A stretch of DNA of 32,000 nt, from contig DYFL01000005.1 in assembly GCA_020725195.1 (NCBI GenBank), forward strand, positions 48,513 to 80,512, written 5' to 3'. The DNA comes from Hydrogenophilus sp. (GTDB lineage Bacteria > Pseudomonadota > Gammaproteobacteria > Burkholderiales > Thiobacillaceae). Position numbers and translations under genes: made by a program. The notes under the pieces are model-generated. The model was not told the DNA's origin, did no database searches, and saw only the letters and a list, made by a program, of their open reading frames with translations. Shown here piece after piece: positions 9,488 to 18,848 of this stretch (positions are counted from its first letter, which is position 1; every line of letters starts with the position of its first letter).

Positions 9488-11575
9488 ATGGGTGCCCGCT
9501 CCATACCCGCCAACCGCCCTGCGGCGGTCCCGACGTGTCCCTCCATTCCCCGCCTGGCTGAGACCAGGCTTCTTATTGTCTGCCTGGCCTGCGCGGGTGT
9601 GCTGGGCCTGTATCCGGGGCAGGCCCGCGCGGTCGTGGATGTCGCCCAGCTGTCCCTGGAGGAGCTCCTGCAGGTGGAGGTGGTCTCGGCCTCCAAGTTC
9701 AGGCAAAGGATTTCCCAGGCGCCCTCCGCCGCCCGCGTCATCACCGCCGAGGACATCCGGCTCAACGGCTGGCGCACGCTCAGCGAGGCGCTCGCCAGCC
9801 TGCCCGGGCTCTATGTCCTGAACGACCGCACCTACGACTTCCTGGGTGCCCGCGGCCTGCTCATCCCCGGCGACTACAACACGCGCTTCCTGCTCCTGGT
9901 GGACGGCGAGCCCATCAACGACAACGTCTACGAGCAGGCCCTGGTCGGCGACGAGTTTCCCCTGGACCTCGCCCTCATCGAGCGCATCGAGTACGTGCCC
10001 GGTCCCGGCTCCTCCGTCTACGGCGCCAACGCCATGTTCGGGGTCATCAACGTCCTCACCAGGACGGCGGCGGCCCTGGGGCCGGGGCAGGTGGCGGGCC
10101 GTCTCGACAGTGAGGACCGCCGCGCCGGGCGGGCGACGCTGACCCGGCCCCTGGGCGATGCGGGGGCGCTGACCCTGTCGGCCACGCTGGGCCGGCAGTC
10201 CGGCAACGACCTGCATTACCCGGACGCGGCCGCCCTGGGGCTGCCCACCCGCGACGGCACGCCGACGCCGGACGGCATCGCCCACGGCCTGGACCGCACC
10301 CGCAACGAACAGGTCTACGCCCGCCTGAGCCAGGGCGACTTCAGCGTGAGCCTGATCGCGAGCCGGCGCGAGCGCCGGCCCTCCTCGGCGCTCTACGGCG
10401 GCCTGTTCGACGACGACGGCTTTCGGGCCAAGGACACGGCCACCCTCCTGGCCGCGCGCTACGCCACCCGGATTGCCGGGGACGTCGAGTTCAGCGGGCG
10501 GCTCAGCTATGCGCAGATGACCTACCAAGGCCGCTATCCCTATTGGGACGGCGCCCGGCTGATCAATGTGGAGGACGGGACCGGGCGCCGGTGGGCCGGC
10601 GAGGCGCGGCTGCTCTTCAGCCGCTGGGCGGGCCATACGGTGGTGGCCGGCCTGGAGTTCCGCGAAGACGTCGCGGTGCACCAGCAGGGCGGCGACCTGG
10701 GCGCGGCGCCGGACTTCGACGTGAACACCCCGGACCGGCGCTGGGGCGCCTATCTGCAGGACGAGTGGGTCTTCGCGCCCGACTGGCGGCTCAATGCCGG
10801 GCTGCGCCTCGATCATTCCGAGCTGCATGGCAACCGCACCAGCCCGCGCCTGGGGCTGATCTGGCAGGCCCGCCCCGACGCCACCCTCAAGCTCCTCGCC
10901 GGCCGCGCCTACCGCGCGCCGAATGCCTACGAGTCGGCCTTCGGACTGGCCACGGGGGACGGCTCCGGGGTGTATCTCGCGAACCCGGCCCTGAGGCCGG
11001 AGACCATCGAGACGCTGGAGGCCGTGGCGGAGTGGCGGCCCGCGCCGGGCACCGAGCTCGTCGCCTCCCTCTTCGAGTACAGGCTGGACGACCTCATCGC
11101 CCAGGAGGTGGTCGCCGGCGATTGGCAGTACCAGAACCTCGACAACATCCGCGCCCGGGGCCTGGAGGCCGCCCTGCGCCGGCACTTCCAGGCCGGCTAC
11201 CGGCTCGACGCCAGCCTGGCGCTGCAGGCCGTCGAGCTGGCGGACGGCAGCCGCCTGCGCAACAGCCCGCGCTGGATCGGCAAGCTCGCGCTGCTCGGGC
11301 CGGTGCTGGGCGAGGCGCTCAAGGGGGCGCTGGAACTCAATGCCGTCGGCCCCCGCATGCACGATTGGGGCGGCGAACGCCACCGCTTTCCCCTCGCCCC
11401 CATCGCCAACCTGGCGCTGACCGCCGACCGGCTCGCGCCGGGCCTGGAGCTCCAGCTGCGCGTGAACAACCTCCTGGACCGCAGCTACTTCGAGCCTGGC
11501 AGCGACGATGCCCCGGTGCCGCGGATACCGGGCTACGGCCGGGTCTTCGCGCTGACGGTCCGCTATGCGTTTTAG
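9488..11575 (+). CDS. TonB-dependent outer-membrane receptor
   Basis: Signal peptide ...LACAGVLGLYPGQARA. Plug-domain motifs ITAEDIRLNGWRTLSEALASLPGLYV and IEYVPGPGSSVYGANAMFGVINV. Long beta-barrel ending ...FALTVRYAF (terminal aromatic). The start could be TTG 9476 or ATG 9488; I prefer ATG 9488 (GAGGG upstream). Confidence 0.85.
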   Translation: MGARSIPANRPAAVPTCPSIPRLAETRLLIVCLACAGVLGLYPGQARAVVDVAQLSLEELLQVEVVSASKFRQRISQAPSAARVITAEDIRLNGWRTLSEALASLPGLYVLNDRTYDFLGARGLLIPGDYNTRFLLLVDGEPINDNVYEQALVGDEFPLDLALIERIEYVPGPGSSVYGANAMFGVINVLTRTAAALGPGQVAGRLDSEDRRAGRATLTRPLGDAGALTLSATLGRQSGNDLHYPDAAALGLPTRDGTPTPDGIAHGLDRTRNEQVYARLSQGDFSVSLIASRRERRPSSALYGGLFDDDGFRAKDTATLLAARYATRIAGDVEFSGRLSYAQMTYQGRYPYWDGARLINVEDGTGRRWAGEARLLFSRWAGHTVVAGLEFREDVAVHQQGGDLGAAPDFDVNTPDRRWGAYLQDEWVFAPDWRLNAGLRLDHSELHGNRTSPRLGLIWQARPDATLKLLAGRAYRAPNAYESAFGLATGDGSGVYLANPALRPETIETLEAVAEWRPAPGTELVASLFEYRLDDLIAQEVVAGDWQYQNLDNIRARGLEAALRRHFQAGYRLDASLALQAVELADGSRLRNSPRWIGKLALLGPVLGEALKGALELNAVGPRMHDWGGERHRFPLAPIANLALTADRLAPGLELQLRVNNLLDRSYFEPGSDDAPVPRIPGYGRVFALTVRYAF

Positions 11576-12086
11576 GCGCGCGCTGCTGATCGCCGTGCTG
11601 GGCGTGCTGCTCAACGGCCTGGCGGGGGCGGCCGGCACGCCGAGCGCGGCGGAATACGAGCTCAAGGCGGCCTTTCTCTACAACTTCGCCCTCTTCTCGG
11701 AATGGCCGGCGATGCCCGATCCGGTCTACCTCTGCGTGCTGGGAGCCGACCCCTTTGGCCCCTATCTCGACCGGTACGAGGGCAGGGAGCTTCGCGGCAG
11801 CCGCGTGAGCACGCGGCGGGTGGCCTCCGCCCACGAGGCCCGCGGCTGCCAGGTCCTGTTCATCGCGGCCTCCGAGCATGCCCGGCTTCCCCGCATCCGC
11901 GACGAGCTGGCCGGGCGGCCGGTGCTGACCGTCACCGAGGGGGAAGGCATCGACCGCTCGACGGTGATGATCGTGATCGTGCCCGAGGGCAGCCGGCTGA
12001 CCTTCGAGGTCAATCTGAGCGCCGCCCGGCAGGCCGGGCTGAACCTCAGCTCGAAGATGCTGAAGCTCGCCCGGAAGGTGTACTGA
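11565..12086 (+). CDS. YfiR-like periplasmic protein (DUF4154 family)
   Basis: Signal peptide MRFRRALLIAVLGVLLNGLAGAAG, then the family hallmark EYELKAAFLYNFALFSEWP. C-terminal ...LSSKMLKLARKV. Its start overlaps the receptor stop by 11 nt. Confidence 0.8.
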   Translation: MRFRRALLIAVLGVLLNGLAGAAGTPSAAEYELKAAFLYNFALFSEWPAMPDPVYLCVLGADPFGPYLDRYEGRELRGSRVSTRRVASAHEARGCQVLFIAASEHARLPRIRDELAGRPVLTVTEGEGIDRSTVMIVIVPEGSRLTFEVNLSAARQAGLNLSSKMLKLARKVY

Positions 12087-12158
12087 GGAGCCGCATCGCT
12101 GCCCATCCGCACGGGCTGCGCCTGATCAGCCTGGTGCCATCGCCCTGGCCGCGCGCCG

Positions 12159-13091
12159 TCATTCGACGCGGTATTCCACAGTCATCCGGTGGGTGGCCCC
12201 CGCCAGCACGGTCACTGCGTTGTCCAGGGCGTTGGCGCTCTCCACGCAGAGCATCTGGCGCCAGCCGCCGCGGCTTGTCCCGCCGGGGCCGGCCTCGCCG
12301 GGGCCGAAGTCGCCCATCTTCTCGGCCTTCTCCGTCCAGGGGGTCCAGACCACGGTGGAGCGGCTGCCCGACTTGGCCACGCGGATGCGGCGCCCGAGGC
12401 GCGCGTCCTCGATCACGCACTCGGCCTCGGTGTCGACGTAGACCCGGTCGGTCTCGCCGGCGAAGGCGATGGCGCCGACCTCACGCCTGCGGGCGAAGCC
12501 TTCCACCTTGTCCAGGTACTCGCAGCCCTCGAGGCCGGTGACACGCACATCGGCGATGTCGCCGACCTGGAAATAGGTGTGCAGGGCCTCGCCGATGACG
12601 AAGTCGTGGTCCCCGAGGTTGGTGGTGATGAGGATGAGCTTCAAGGACCGGCCCACGGTGACCAGGATCTCCAGGCGCGAGGCGTGCGGCCACTGGGCAC
12701 GGGTCTGCGCGTTTTCCACCAGGGCGAGCGCGATCTCGGTCTCGCCGCCATCGAGCGCCCGGGTGTCGGTCACCTCCCAGTCCACGGTGCGGGCGTAGCC
12801 GTGGGCGGGCCAGCCCGCCTCCGTGGCGTGGGGCCCGAACCAGGGCCAGCACACGGGCACGCCGCCGCGGATGGACTTGCCCCGCGCGAACCTGGCCGCC
12901 TCGGAGAGCCAGACCACGGGCCTGTCCTGGTCCTTGGGCCGCCAGCTCGTCAGGTGGCCGCCCTGCAGGCACAGGCTCGCCACGGCGTGGGCGTTGTCGA
13001 TGTCCGCGAAGACGAGGCCGTCCGTGCCTTCCCTGAAGACGAGCTGGCCCGGGATGGACAGGCGGCTGTTGAGCGCTTCGGCTGCATTCAT
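12159..13091 (-). CDS. Aldose 1-epimerase family protein (glucose-6-phosphate 1-epimerase / YeaD-like)
   Basis: From M45 of the 354-aa track ORF: MNAAEALNS...GGHLTSWRP...VVWLSEAA.F..GKSIRGGVPVCWPWFG......HGYAR...W..., characteristic of YeaD-type hexose-6-P mutarotases. ATG 13091 has AAGGGGA 5 nt upstream. Confidence 0.83.
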   Translation of the reverse strand: MNAAEALNSRLSIPGQLVFREGTDGLVFADIDNAHAVASLCLQGGHLTSWRPKDQDRPVVWLSEAARFARGKSIRGGVPVCWPWFGPHATEAGWPAHGYARTVDWEVTDTRALDGGETEIALALVENAQTRAQWPHASRLEILVTVGRSLKLILITTNLGDHDFVIGEALHTYFQVGDIADVRVTGLEGCEYLDKVEGFARRREVGAIAFAGETDRVYVDTEAECVIEDARLGRRIRVAKSGSRSTVVWTPWTEKAEKMGDFGPGEAGPGGTSRGGWRQMLCVESANALDNAVTVLAGATHRMTVEYRVE

Positions 13092-13153
13092 GCGATTCCC
13101 CTTGATGGTGCATTCCATGATTCTACCGATCCGACAATCTGCAAGTGCAGCCT

Positions 13154-13217
13154 GTGGGAGCGGCTTCAGCCGCGAAGCCCCGGCTGGCATTGCGTTCGCG
13201 GCTGAAGCCGCTCCCAC
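13154..13217. repeat. Inverted pair of REP-like palindromic units
   Basis: GTGGGAGCGGCTTCAGCCGCGAA (13154-13176) and its exact reverse complement TTCGCGGCTGAAGCCGCTCCCAC (13195-13217), separated by 18 nt. Each unit contains its own GCGGCT-TC-AGCCGC hairpin. It resembles Pseudomonas-type REP sequences (GTGGGAGCGGGCTTGCCCGCGAA). It is intergenic between ilvD and the mutarotase gene. Confidence 0.8.
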
Positions 13218-13266
13218 GGCCATGCCCTGTTTGCATGTCTTTTCAGGTTCGCCCCCTACGCAGGGC

Positions 13267-15120
13267 TCAGCCCTTCTCGACCTGCGACACGTCGCGCACC
13301 GCGCCGTAGGCGGCCGAGGTGGTCATCGCCGCATAGGCCCGGAGCGCGGCCGACACCGGTCGGTTGCGCCCCGCGGGCTTCCAGGCGTCGCGGCCCTTCG
13401 CCTCCATGGCCGCGCGGCGCCGGGCGAGCTCCTCCTCCGAGACGGCGAGCTCGATGCGCCGGTTGGGGATGTCGATCTCGATCGCGTCGCCGTCCTGGAC
13501 CAGGCCGATCGCGCCGCCCTCGGCGGCCTCGGGCGAGACGTGGCCGATGGACAGCCCGGAGGTGCCGCCGGAGAAGCGCCCGTCGGTGATCAGGGCGCAG
13601 GCGCGGCCCAGGCCCATGGACTTGAGATAGCTGGTCGGGTAGAGCATCTCCTGCATGCCGGGGCCGCCGCGCGGGCCCTCGTAGCGGATGACGACCACGT
13701 CGCCCGCCTTGACCTTGCCGCCCAGGATGCCGTCCACGGCGGCGTCCTGGGACTCGAAGAGGCGCGCCGGTCCCGTGAACTTGAGGATGCCCTCGTCCAC
13801 GCCGGCGGTCTTCACGATGCAGCCGTCGCGGGCGAGGTTGCCGTAGAGCACCGCGAGCCCCCCGTCCTGGCTGTAGGCATGCTGCTTGTCGCGGATGCAG
13901 CCGTTCGCGCGGTCGTCGTCCAAGTGGGGATAGCGGGTGGGCTGGGAAAACGCCTCCTGGGTCGGGATGCCGGCGGGGCCGGCCAGGTAGAACTCGCGCA
14001 CGGCCTCGGAGACGTCGCGCTTGATGTCCCAGGCATCCAGCGCCGCGGCCAGGGTGGCGCTGTGCACGGTGGGCAGGTCGCGGTGCAGGAGCCCCGCGCG
14101 GTCGAGCTCGCCCAGGATCGCCATCACGCCGCCGGCGCGGTGCACGTCCTCCATGTGGTAGGTCTGGATGCTGGGGGCGACCTTGGCCAGATGCGGCACG
14201 CGGCGGCTCATGCGGTCGATGTCCTTCATGGTGAAGTCCACCCCGGCCTCGCGCGCCGCGGCCAGGAGGTGCAGCACGGTGTTGGTCGAGCCGCCCATGG
14301 CGATGTCCAGGGCCATGGCGTTCTCGAAGGCCTGGAAGCTCGCGATGGCGCGCGGCAGCACCGAGGCGTCGTCCTGCTCGTAGTAGCGCTTTGCCAGCTC
14401 GACGACGAGACGGCCGGCCTTGAGGAAGAGGCCCTTGCGGTCGACGTGGGTGGCGAGCAGCGAGCCGTTGCCAGGCAGCGAGAGGCCCAGCGCCTCGGTC
14501 AGGCAGTTCATGGAGTTGGCGGTGAACATGCCGGAGCAGGAGCCGCAGGTCGGGCAGGCGGAGCGCTCCACCTGGGCGACCTCCGCATCGCTCGCCTGGC
14601 TGTCGGCGGCCATGACCATGGCATCGACCAGGTCCAGGTGCACCTCCTTGCCCGCGAGCCGGGTCTTGCCCGCCTCCATGGGGCCACCCGAGACGAACAC
14701 CGCGGGGATGTTGAGGCGCAACGCCGCCATGAGCATGCCGGGGGTGATCTTGTCGCAGTTGGAGATGCACACCATGGCGTCGGCGCAGTGGGCGTTGACC
14801 ATGTATTCGACCGAGTCGGCGATGAGGTCGCGGCTGGGCAGCGAATAGAGCATGCCGCCGTGGCCCATGGCGATGCCGTCGTCCACCGCGATGGTGTTGA
14901 ACTCCTTGGCCACGCCGCCGGCCGCCTCGATCTCGCGCGCCACCAGCTGGCCCAGGTCCTTCAGGTGCACGTGGCCCGGCACGAACTGGGTGAAGGAGTT
15001 GACCACGGCGACGATGGGCTTGTCGAAGTCGCCATCCTTCATGCCGGTGGCGCGCCAGAGGGCGCGGGCACCCGCCATGTTGCGGCCGTGGGTGGTGGTG
15101 CGGGAACGGTACTGGGGCAT
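13267..15120 (-). CDS. ilvD: Dihydroxy-acid dehydratase
   Basis: From M21 of the track ORF: [53 protein letters not shown]... plus [21 protein letters not shown] and [10 protein letters not shown]. This is an unmistakable IlvD. Confidence 0.95.
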   Translation of the reverse strand: MPQYRSRTTTHGRNMAGARALWRATGMKDGDFDKPIVAVVNSFTQFVPGHVHLKDLGQLVAREIEAAGGVAKEFNTIAVDDGIAMGHGGMLYSLPSRDLIADSVEYMVNAHCADAMVCISNCDKITPGMLMAALRLNIPAVFVSGGPMEAGKTRLAGKEVHLDLVDAMVMAADSQASDAEVAQVERSACPTCGSCSGMFTANSMNCLTEALGLSLPGNGSLLATHVDRKGLFLKAGRLVVELAKRYYEQDDASVLPRAIASFQAFENAMALDIAMGGSTNTVLHLLAAAREAGVDFTMKDIDRMSRRVPHLAKVAPSIQTYHMEDVHRAGGVMAILGELDRAGLLHRDLPTVHSATLAAALDAWDIKRDVSEAVREFYLAGPAGIPTQEAFSQPTRYPHLDDDRANGCIRDKQHAYSQDGGLAVLYGNLARDGCIVKTAGVDEGILKFTGPARLFESQDAAVDGILGGKVKAGDVVVIRYEGPRGGPGMQEMLYPTSYLKSMGLGRACALITDGRFSGGTSGLSIGHVSPEAAEGGAIGLVQDGDAIEIDIPNRRIELAVSEEELARRRAAMEAKGRDAWKPAGRNRPVSAALRAYAAMTTSAAYGAVRDVSQVEKG

Positions 15121-15209
15121 GGCGGACCTCGATTCGGATTCCTGAAGGCCGGCCCCTAGGGGCCGAAAGCTATAATGCATCGGATTCTAACCCAGCGGCC
15201 CGCCCCGAC

Positions 15210-15998
15210 ATGCTCGTCCATCCCGAGTTCGACCCCGTCGCCATCCGGCTCGGTCCCCTGGCCATACACTGGTACGGCCTCATGTACCTCTTGGCCTTCA
15301 TCCTGGTCATCGTCCTGGGCCGGCTCTACATGCGGCGCCGCCCGGAGCTCGGCTGGGCGCCGAGGGATCTCGAGGACGCCCTGTTCTACGGCGTGCTGGG
15401 CACCATCCTGGGCGGGCGCCTGGGCTATGTGCTCTTCTACAAGCCGGCCTACTATGCGGCCAACCCCACCGAGATCCTCGCCGTGTGGGAAGGCGGCATG
15501 AGCTTCCACGGCGGCTTCCTCGGGGTCTGCCTCGCGCTCTGGTTCTTCGCCCGCAAGCGGGGCTGGCGCTGGCTCGGGGTCACCGATTTCATCGCGCCCC
15601 TGGTGCCCCTGGGGCTGGCGGCGGGGCGCCTGGGCAACTTCATCAACGGCGAGCTCTGGGGCCGGGCGACCGATCTGCCCTGGGGCATGGTCTTCCCCCA
15701 GGCGGGCGACGGCCTGCCGCGCCACCCCTCCCAGCTCTACCAGTTCGCCCTGGAGGGCCTCGCCCTCTTCGTCCTGGTCTGGCTCTACGCCCGCCGGCCG
15801 CGGCCCATGGGGGCCGTCTCGGCGGTGTTCCTCATCGGCTACGGGGCCTTGCGCTTTATCGCCGAGTTCACCCGCGAACCCGATGCCTTCCTCGGCGTCC
15901 TCGCCCTGGGCCTCACCATGGGCCAGTGGCTCAGCCTGCCCATGATCCTCGCCGGCGCCGGGCTGCTCGCCTGGGCGCACAAGCAGGGGCGAGCCTAG
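15210..15998 (+). CDS. lgt: Phosphatidylglycerol-prolipoprotein diacylglyceryl transferase
   Basis: 262 aa, multi-[46 protein letters not shown] and HPSQLY are Lgt signature blocks. Confidence 0.92.
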   Translation: MLVHPEFDPVAIRLGPLAIHWYGLMYLLAFILVIVLGRLYMRRRPELGWAPRDLEDALFYGVLGTILGGRLGYVLFYKPAYYAANPTEILAVWEGGMSFHGGFLGVCLALWFFARKRGWRWLGVTDFIAPLVPLGLAAGRLGNFINGELWGRATDLPWGMVFPQAGDGLPRHPSQLYQFALEGLALFVLVWLYARRPRPMGAVSAVFLIGYGALRFIAEFTREPDAFLGVLALGLTMGQWLSLPMILAGAGLLAWAHKQGRA

Positions 15999-16036
15999 TT
16001 GGCGCACGCATTTTTTGCTATATTCGCCGCTCTTTT

Positions 16037-16112
<76 letters not shown>

Positions 16113-16144
16113 ATAAAACATCCGGCGAATTCCGCCGAATTCCG

Positions 16145-16185
16145 AAAACCCCGTACAGCATAAGGCTCTGCGGGGTTTTTATTTC
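16145..16185 (+). terminator. Rho-independent terminator downstream of tRNA-Ala
   Basis: AAAACCCCG (16145-16153), 17-nt loop, CGGGGTTTT (16171-16179), continuing TTTTTATTT. Confidence 0.6.
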
Positions 16186-16275
16186 CGGCAGTTTCCGAGC
16201 AAAGCCGCTTGAAGCCGGGGTCAAATGGGGGCAATATTGGGGGCAACCCCCAAAGCATCTACGGGAGATGCCCCC

Positions 16276-17478
16276 ATGCCCCTGACAGACACCGCTATCC
16301 GCAAGGCGCAGCCTGGCGAAAAGCCTATCCGGCTCTTCGATGAACGTGGTCTCTACCTGGAGGTCGCTCCAGGCGGAGGCAAGTGGTGGCGGCTCAAGTA
16401 CCGATTCGGCGGTAAAGAGAAGCGGCTGTCCCTCGGGGTCTATCCAGACGTGACCCTGGCCAGAGCCCGCGAGAGGCGGGACGATGCCCGCAAATTGCTG
16501 GCCGACGGCGTTGACCCGGGCGAACATCGCAAAGCCGCCAAGCGTGCCAAGGAAGACGCGGCCGCCAACAGTTTCGAGGCGGTTGCTCGGGAGTGGTTTG
16601 CCAAGCAGTCCATCCACTGGGCCCGGGGGCATGCCGAAAAGATCATCCGCCGACTGGAGCGCGATCTGTTCCCCTGGCTCGGCTCCCGGCCGGTCGCCGA
16701 CATCACGGCGCCGGATATACTGACCGTACTCCGCCGCATCGAAGGCCGCGGCGCCATCGAGACGGCCCACCGTGCCCTGCAAAATGCTGGACAGGTCTTC
16801 CGCTATGCCGTGGCCACAGGGCGCGCTATGCGGGACCCTACGGGCGATTTGCGCGGGTCCCTCACTCCATGGAAACCGAAGCACTACCCGGCCATTACCG
16901 ACCCCAAAGAGATCAGCCCCCTGCTTCTGGCCATCGATGGCTTCACCGGCACCTTCCCGGTGAAGTGCGCCCTGCAGCTCCTGCCCATGCTCCTGGTCCG
17001 ACCCGGGGAGCTGCGGCAGATGGAGTGGGCCGAGGTAGACTTCAAAGAGGCCTCCTGGTCCATCCCTGCCGAGAAGATGAAGACCCGAGTGCCCCACCTG
17101 GTGCCTTTGCCTCACAAGGTGGTGGAGATCCTGCGCGAGCTGCATCCACTCACCGGTCGAAGCCGCTGGGTCTTTCCGGGCGTGCGCGACCATGCCAAAC
17201 CTATGAGCGAGAACACCCTGAATGCCGGCCTGCGCCGCCTTGGTTACGACAAGGACACCCTCACCAGCCACGGCTTCCGGGCCACGGCCCGCACGCTCCT
17301 GGATGAGGTGCTCGGGTTCCGCCCGGATTGGATCGAGCACCAGCTCGCTCACGCCGTTCGCGATCCGAACGGCCGCGCATACAACCGCACCGCACACCTG
17401 AAGCAGCGGCGGGAGATGCTGCAGGCTTGGGCGGACTATCTGGACGGGCTCAAGGCCGGTGCCGGTAGGGGGAGTTGA
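16276..17478 (+). CDS. int: Tyrosine recombinase, P4-type phage integrase (N-terminal DUF4102-like arm-binding domain)
   Basis: MPLTDTAIRKAQPGEKPIRLFDERGLYLEVAPGGGKWWRLKYRFGGKEKRLSLGVYPDVTLARARERRD is the textbook N-terminus of P4/CP4-57 family integrases. Catalytic region: ...LLVRPGELRQMEW...HGFRATARTLL...HQLAH...AYNR..(Y). ATG 16276 (M18 of the track ORF) is preceded by GGGAGA. Confidence 0.92.
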   Translation: MPLTDTAIRKAQPGEKPIRLFDERGLYLEVAPGGGKWWRLKYRFGGKEKRLSLGVYPDVTLARARERRDDARKLLADGVDPGEHRKAAKRAKEDAAANSFEAVAREWFAKQSIHWARGHAEKIIRRLERDLFPWLGSRPVADITAPDILTVLRRIEGRGAIETAHRALQNAGQVFRYAVATGRAMRDPTGDLRGSLTPWKPKHYPAITDPKEISPLLLAIDGFTGTFPVKCALQLLPMLLVRPGELRQMEWAEVDFKEASWSIPAEKMKTRVPHLVPLPHKVVEILRELHPLTGRSRWVFPGVRDHAKPMSENTLNAGLRRLGYDKDTLTSHGFRATARTLLDEVLGFRPDWIEHQLAHAVRDPNGRAYNRTAHLKQRREMLQAWADYLDGLKAGAGRGS

Positions 17479-17479
17479 T

Positions 17480-17947
17480 ATGCAGCTCGACGATCAACTC
17501 AGTCTCGATGAGGCAACAAAATTCATTGCCAGCCGAATCAAGGACAAGAACGACACACAAAGAACTGCCGAGGACAGAATCCGAAAGCGGGTATCGTACG
17601 CAACCAACAGCGGCAAGCTGCAGCGCGGAAAAGACGGCCTCTACCGTTTTGCTTATTTGCTCGTTTGGGCAAGAGAAAAATACGGAGAGGAACATTTCAT
17701 CGATTACCCATTTGTGGCTTTCGGACAACCTACGGCCAGGCTGTGCATCAACGTCTACGAAGCCTATCATCCACCAGGAGATCTGGCGTCATGCCAAGAG
17801 GCGTTGAGTGCGATGCACAAGGAAGTGGAGCAGTTGAAAGCCCAGGTGGACGCCTTGACGCCCGATGCTCATAGATGGCGAGCTCTCTGCGAGAAAAACA
17901 AGAAATCTGCTAGCCAAATCCGAAACATTGCAGAGAAAAAACCTTAG
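17480..17947 (+). CDS. Hypothetical protein (155 aa), AT-richer orphan between int and alpA; C-terminal coiled coil
   Basis: ATG 17480 lies 1 nt after the int stop, with GGGGGAG upstream. MQLDDQLSLDEATKFIASRIKDKND...EVEQLKAQVDALTPDAHRWRALCEKNKK. I recognise no family signature. The DNA here is visibly more AT-rich than its flanks. Confidence 0.6.
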   Translation: MQLDDQLSLDEATKFIASRIKDKNDTQRTAEDRIRKRVSYATNSGKLQRGKDGLYRFAYLLVWAREKYGEEHFIDYPFVAFGQPTARLCINVYEAYHPPGDLASCQEALSAMHKEVEQLKAQVDALTPDAHRWRALCEKNKKSASQIRNIAEKKP

Positions 17948-18017
17948 CGTTGTTCTTTCTGTTTCTCCGCACATAATGGGGTAGCCATGTACCGCACGAA
18001 CCCAGGAGGTTCCAATC

Positions 18018-18242
18018 ATGGCCACTCAGCACCACACTCCGAGCATTCTCCGGCGCCCTGAAGTCGAAGCCCGTACCGGGCTATCCCGTAGCACCCTCTA
18101 CGAACTGATCCAGCAGGGCAAATTCCCCAAGCCCATCCCGCTGGCCGACAGCGGCAAGGCCGTCGGCTGGATCGACGATGAAGTCAACGACTGGATCTCT
18201 GAACGCATCCGATCTGCCCGCAGTGGCAGCAAGTGCGCGTGA
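18018..18242 (+). CDS. alpA: AlpA-family phage transcriptional regulator / excisionase-like HTH
   Basis: ILRRPEVEARTGLSRSTLYELIQQGKFPKPIPLADSGKAVGWIDDEVNDWISERI matches the AlpA pattern (R..ev...tGlSrsT.Y.li..G.FP.P..l....v.W...Ev..Wi). AGGAGG RBS. Confidence 0.87.
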   Translation: MATQHHTPSILRRPEVEARTGLSRSTLYELIQQGKFPKPIPLADSGKAVGWIDDEVNDWISERIRSARSGSKCA

Positions 18243-18565
18243 TGAGCATCCGCCTCGAAGCCCTGCCGCGTGGCAAGCGCATCCAGCACATGCTTGAGGC
18301 CTTCCGCGACGTGCGCGAGTGGTCCACCCCTGTCGGGCAGCCTTGCCGCGTCTGCCCGAGTTGCGGCAAGGCCTTCACCGCGGCCCGCAAGCCGCGCCTG
18401 ACGATCTGCCTCTACCCATCCCTTACCCCAGTGCCCGTGGCCTTTCTCTACCGGCTCTGCGGACCTTGTGCACACACCTACCGCAAAGGTGGACGCCACA
18501 AGCAGGGCGTCATCGACGCCATTGAACGCTTCCTCAACGACGACGAAGGAGAAAACCATGCCTAA
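18242..18565 (+). CDS. Hypothetical small protein with two CxxC pairs (zinc-ribbon-like)
   Basis: MSIRLEALPRGK...CRVCPSCGKAF...CGPCAHTY. The ATG shares one base with the alpA TGA (TGATG), suggesting translational coupling. Confidence 0.5.
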   Translation: MSIRLEALPRGKRIQHMLEAFRDVREWSTPVGQPCRVCPSCGKAFTAARKPRLTICLYPSLTPVPVAFLYRLCGPCAHTYRKGGRHKQGVIDAIERFLNDDEGENHA

Positions 18566-18848
18566 AGCTAAGCCTACTGCGCAACAGCCAGGCGGCACCG
18601 ATACTGCTGCCCTCATCAAGGCGTTGGGCGAACACACGGACAGCGCCAGCCTGGCGAAAGACCTCCTCCTGGACCTGGACGGTCTCTTCGGCGCCATCAT
18701 GAAGCTGGCCCAGCGGGACACGGAAGTCTGGCGCCTGGCCAAGATCGGCGAGTACATGGCGGGCTATTGGGCCGACCACTACGACGGCGTGTTTGAGCAG
18801 ACCAGCGAAGCGCACAAGTCCCTGCGCGACGAGGTGCATCATGGCTGA
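18558..18848 (+). CDS. Hypothetical protein (96 aa)
   Basis: ATG 18558 (M31 of the track ORF) is preceded by AAGGAG. MPKAKPTAQQPGGTDTAALIKALGEH... No family recognised. Confidence 0.5.
   Translation: MPKAKPTAQQPGGTDTAALIKALGEHTDSASLAKDLLLDLDGLFGAIMKLAQRDTEVWRLAKIGEYMAGYWADHYDGVFEQTSEAHKSLRDEVHHG

Noticed and set aside
9410-11665. 751-aa minus-strand ORF
   Set aside because: It is antisense to the well-supported TonB-dependent receptor gene, and its composition is Arg/Ala/Gly/Pro-rich.
12823-15159. 778-aa + strand ORF, and the 504-aa minus-strand alternative frame (13256-14770)
   Set aside because: Both overlap ilvD, whose frame is unambiguous. These are high-GC shadow frames.
15150-15176. 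Perfect palindrome GGCCCCTAGGGGCC followed by TATAAT in the ilvD/lgt divergent gap, as a possible lgt promoter or operator
   Set aside because: There is no acceptable -35 at 16-18 nt and no extended -10. The evidence is too weak to call.
17450-17770. 106-aa minus-strand ORF in the AT-richer segment
   Set aside because: It is antisense to the better-supported + strand ORF, which has an RBS and is coupled to int. It has no RBS or motifs of its own.
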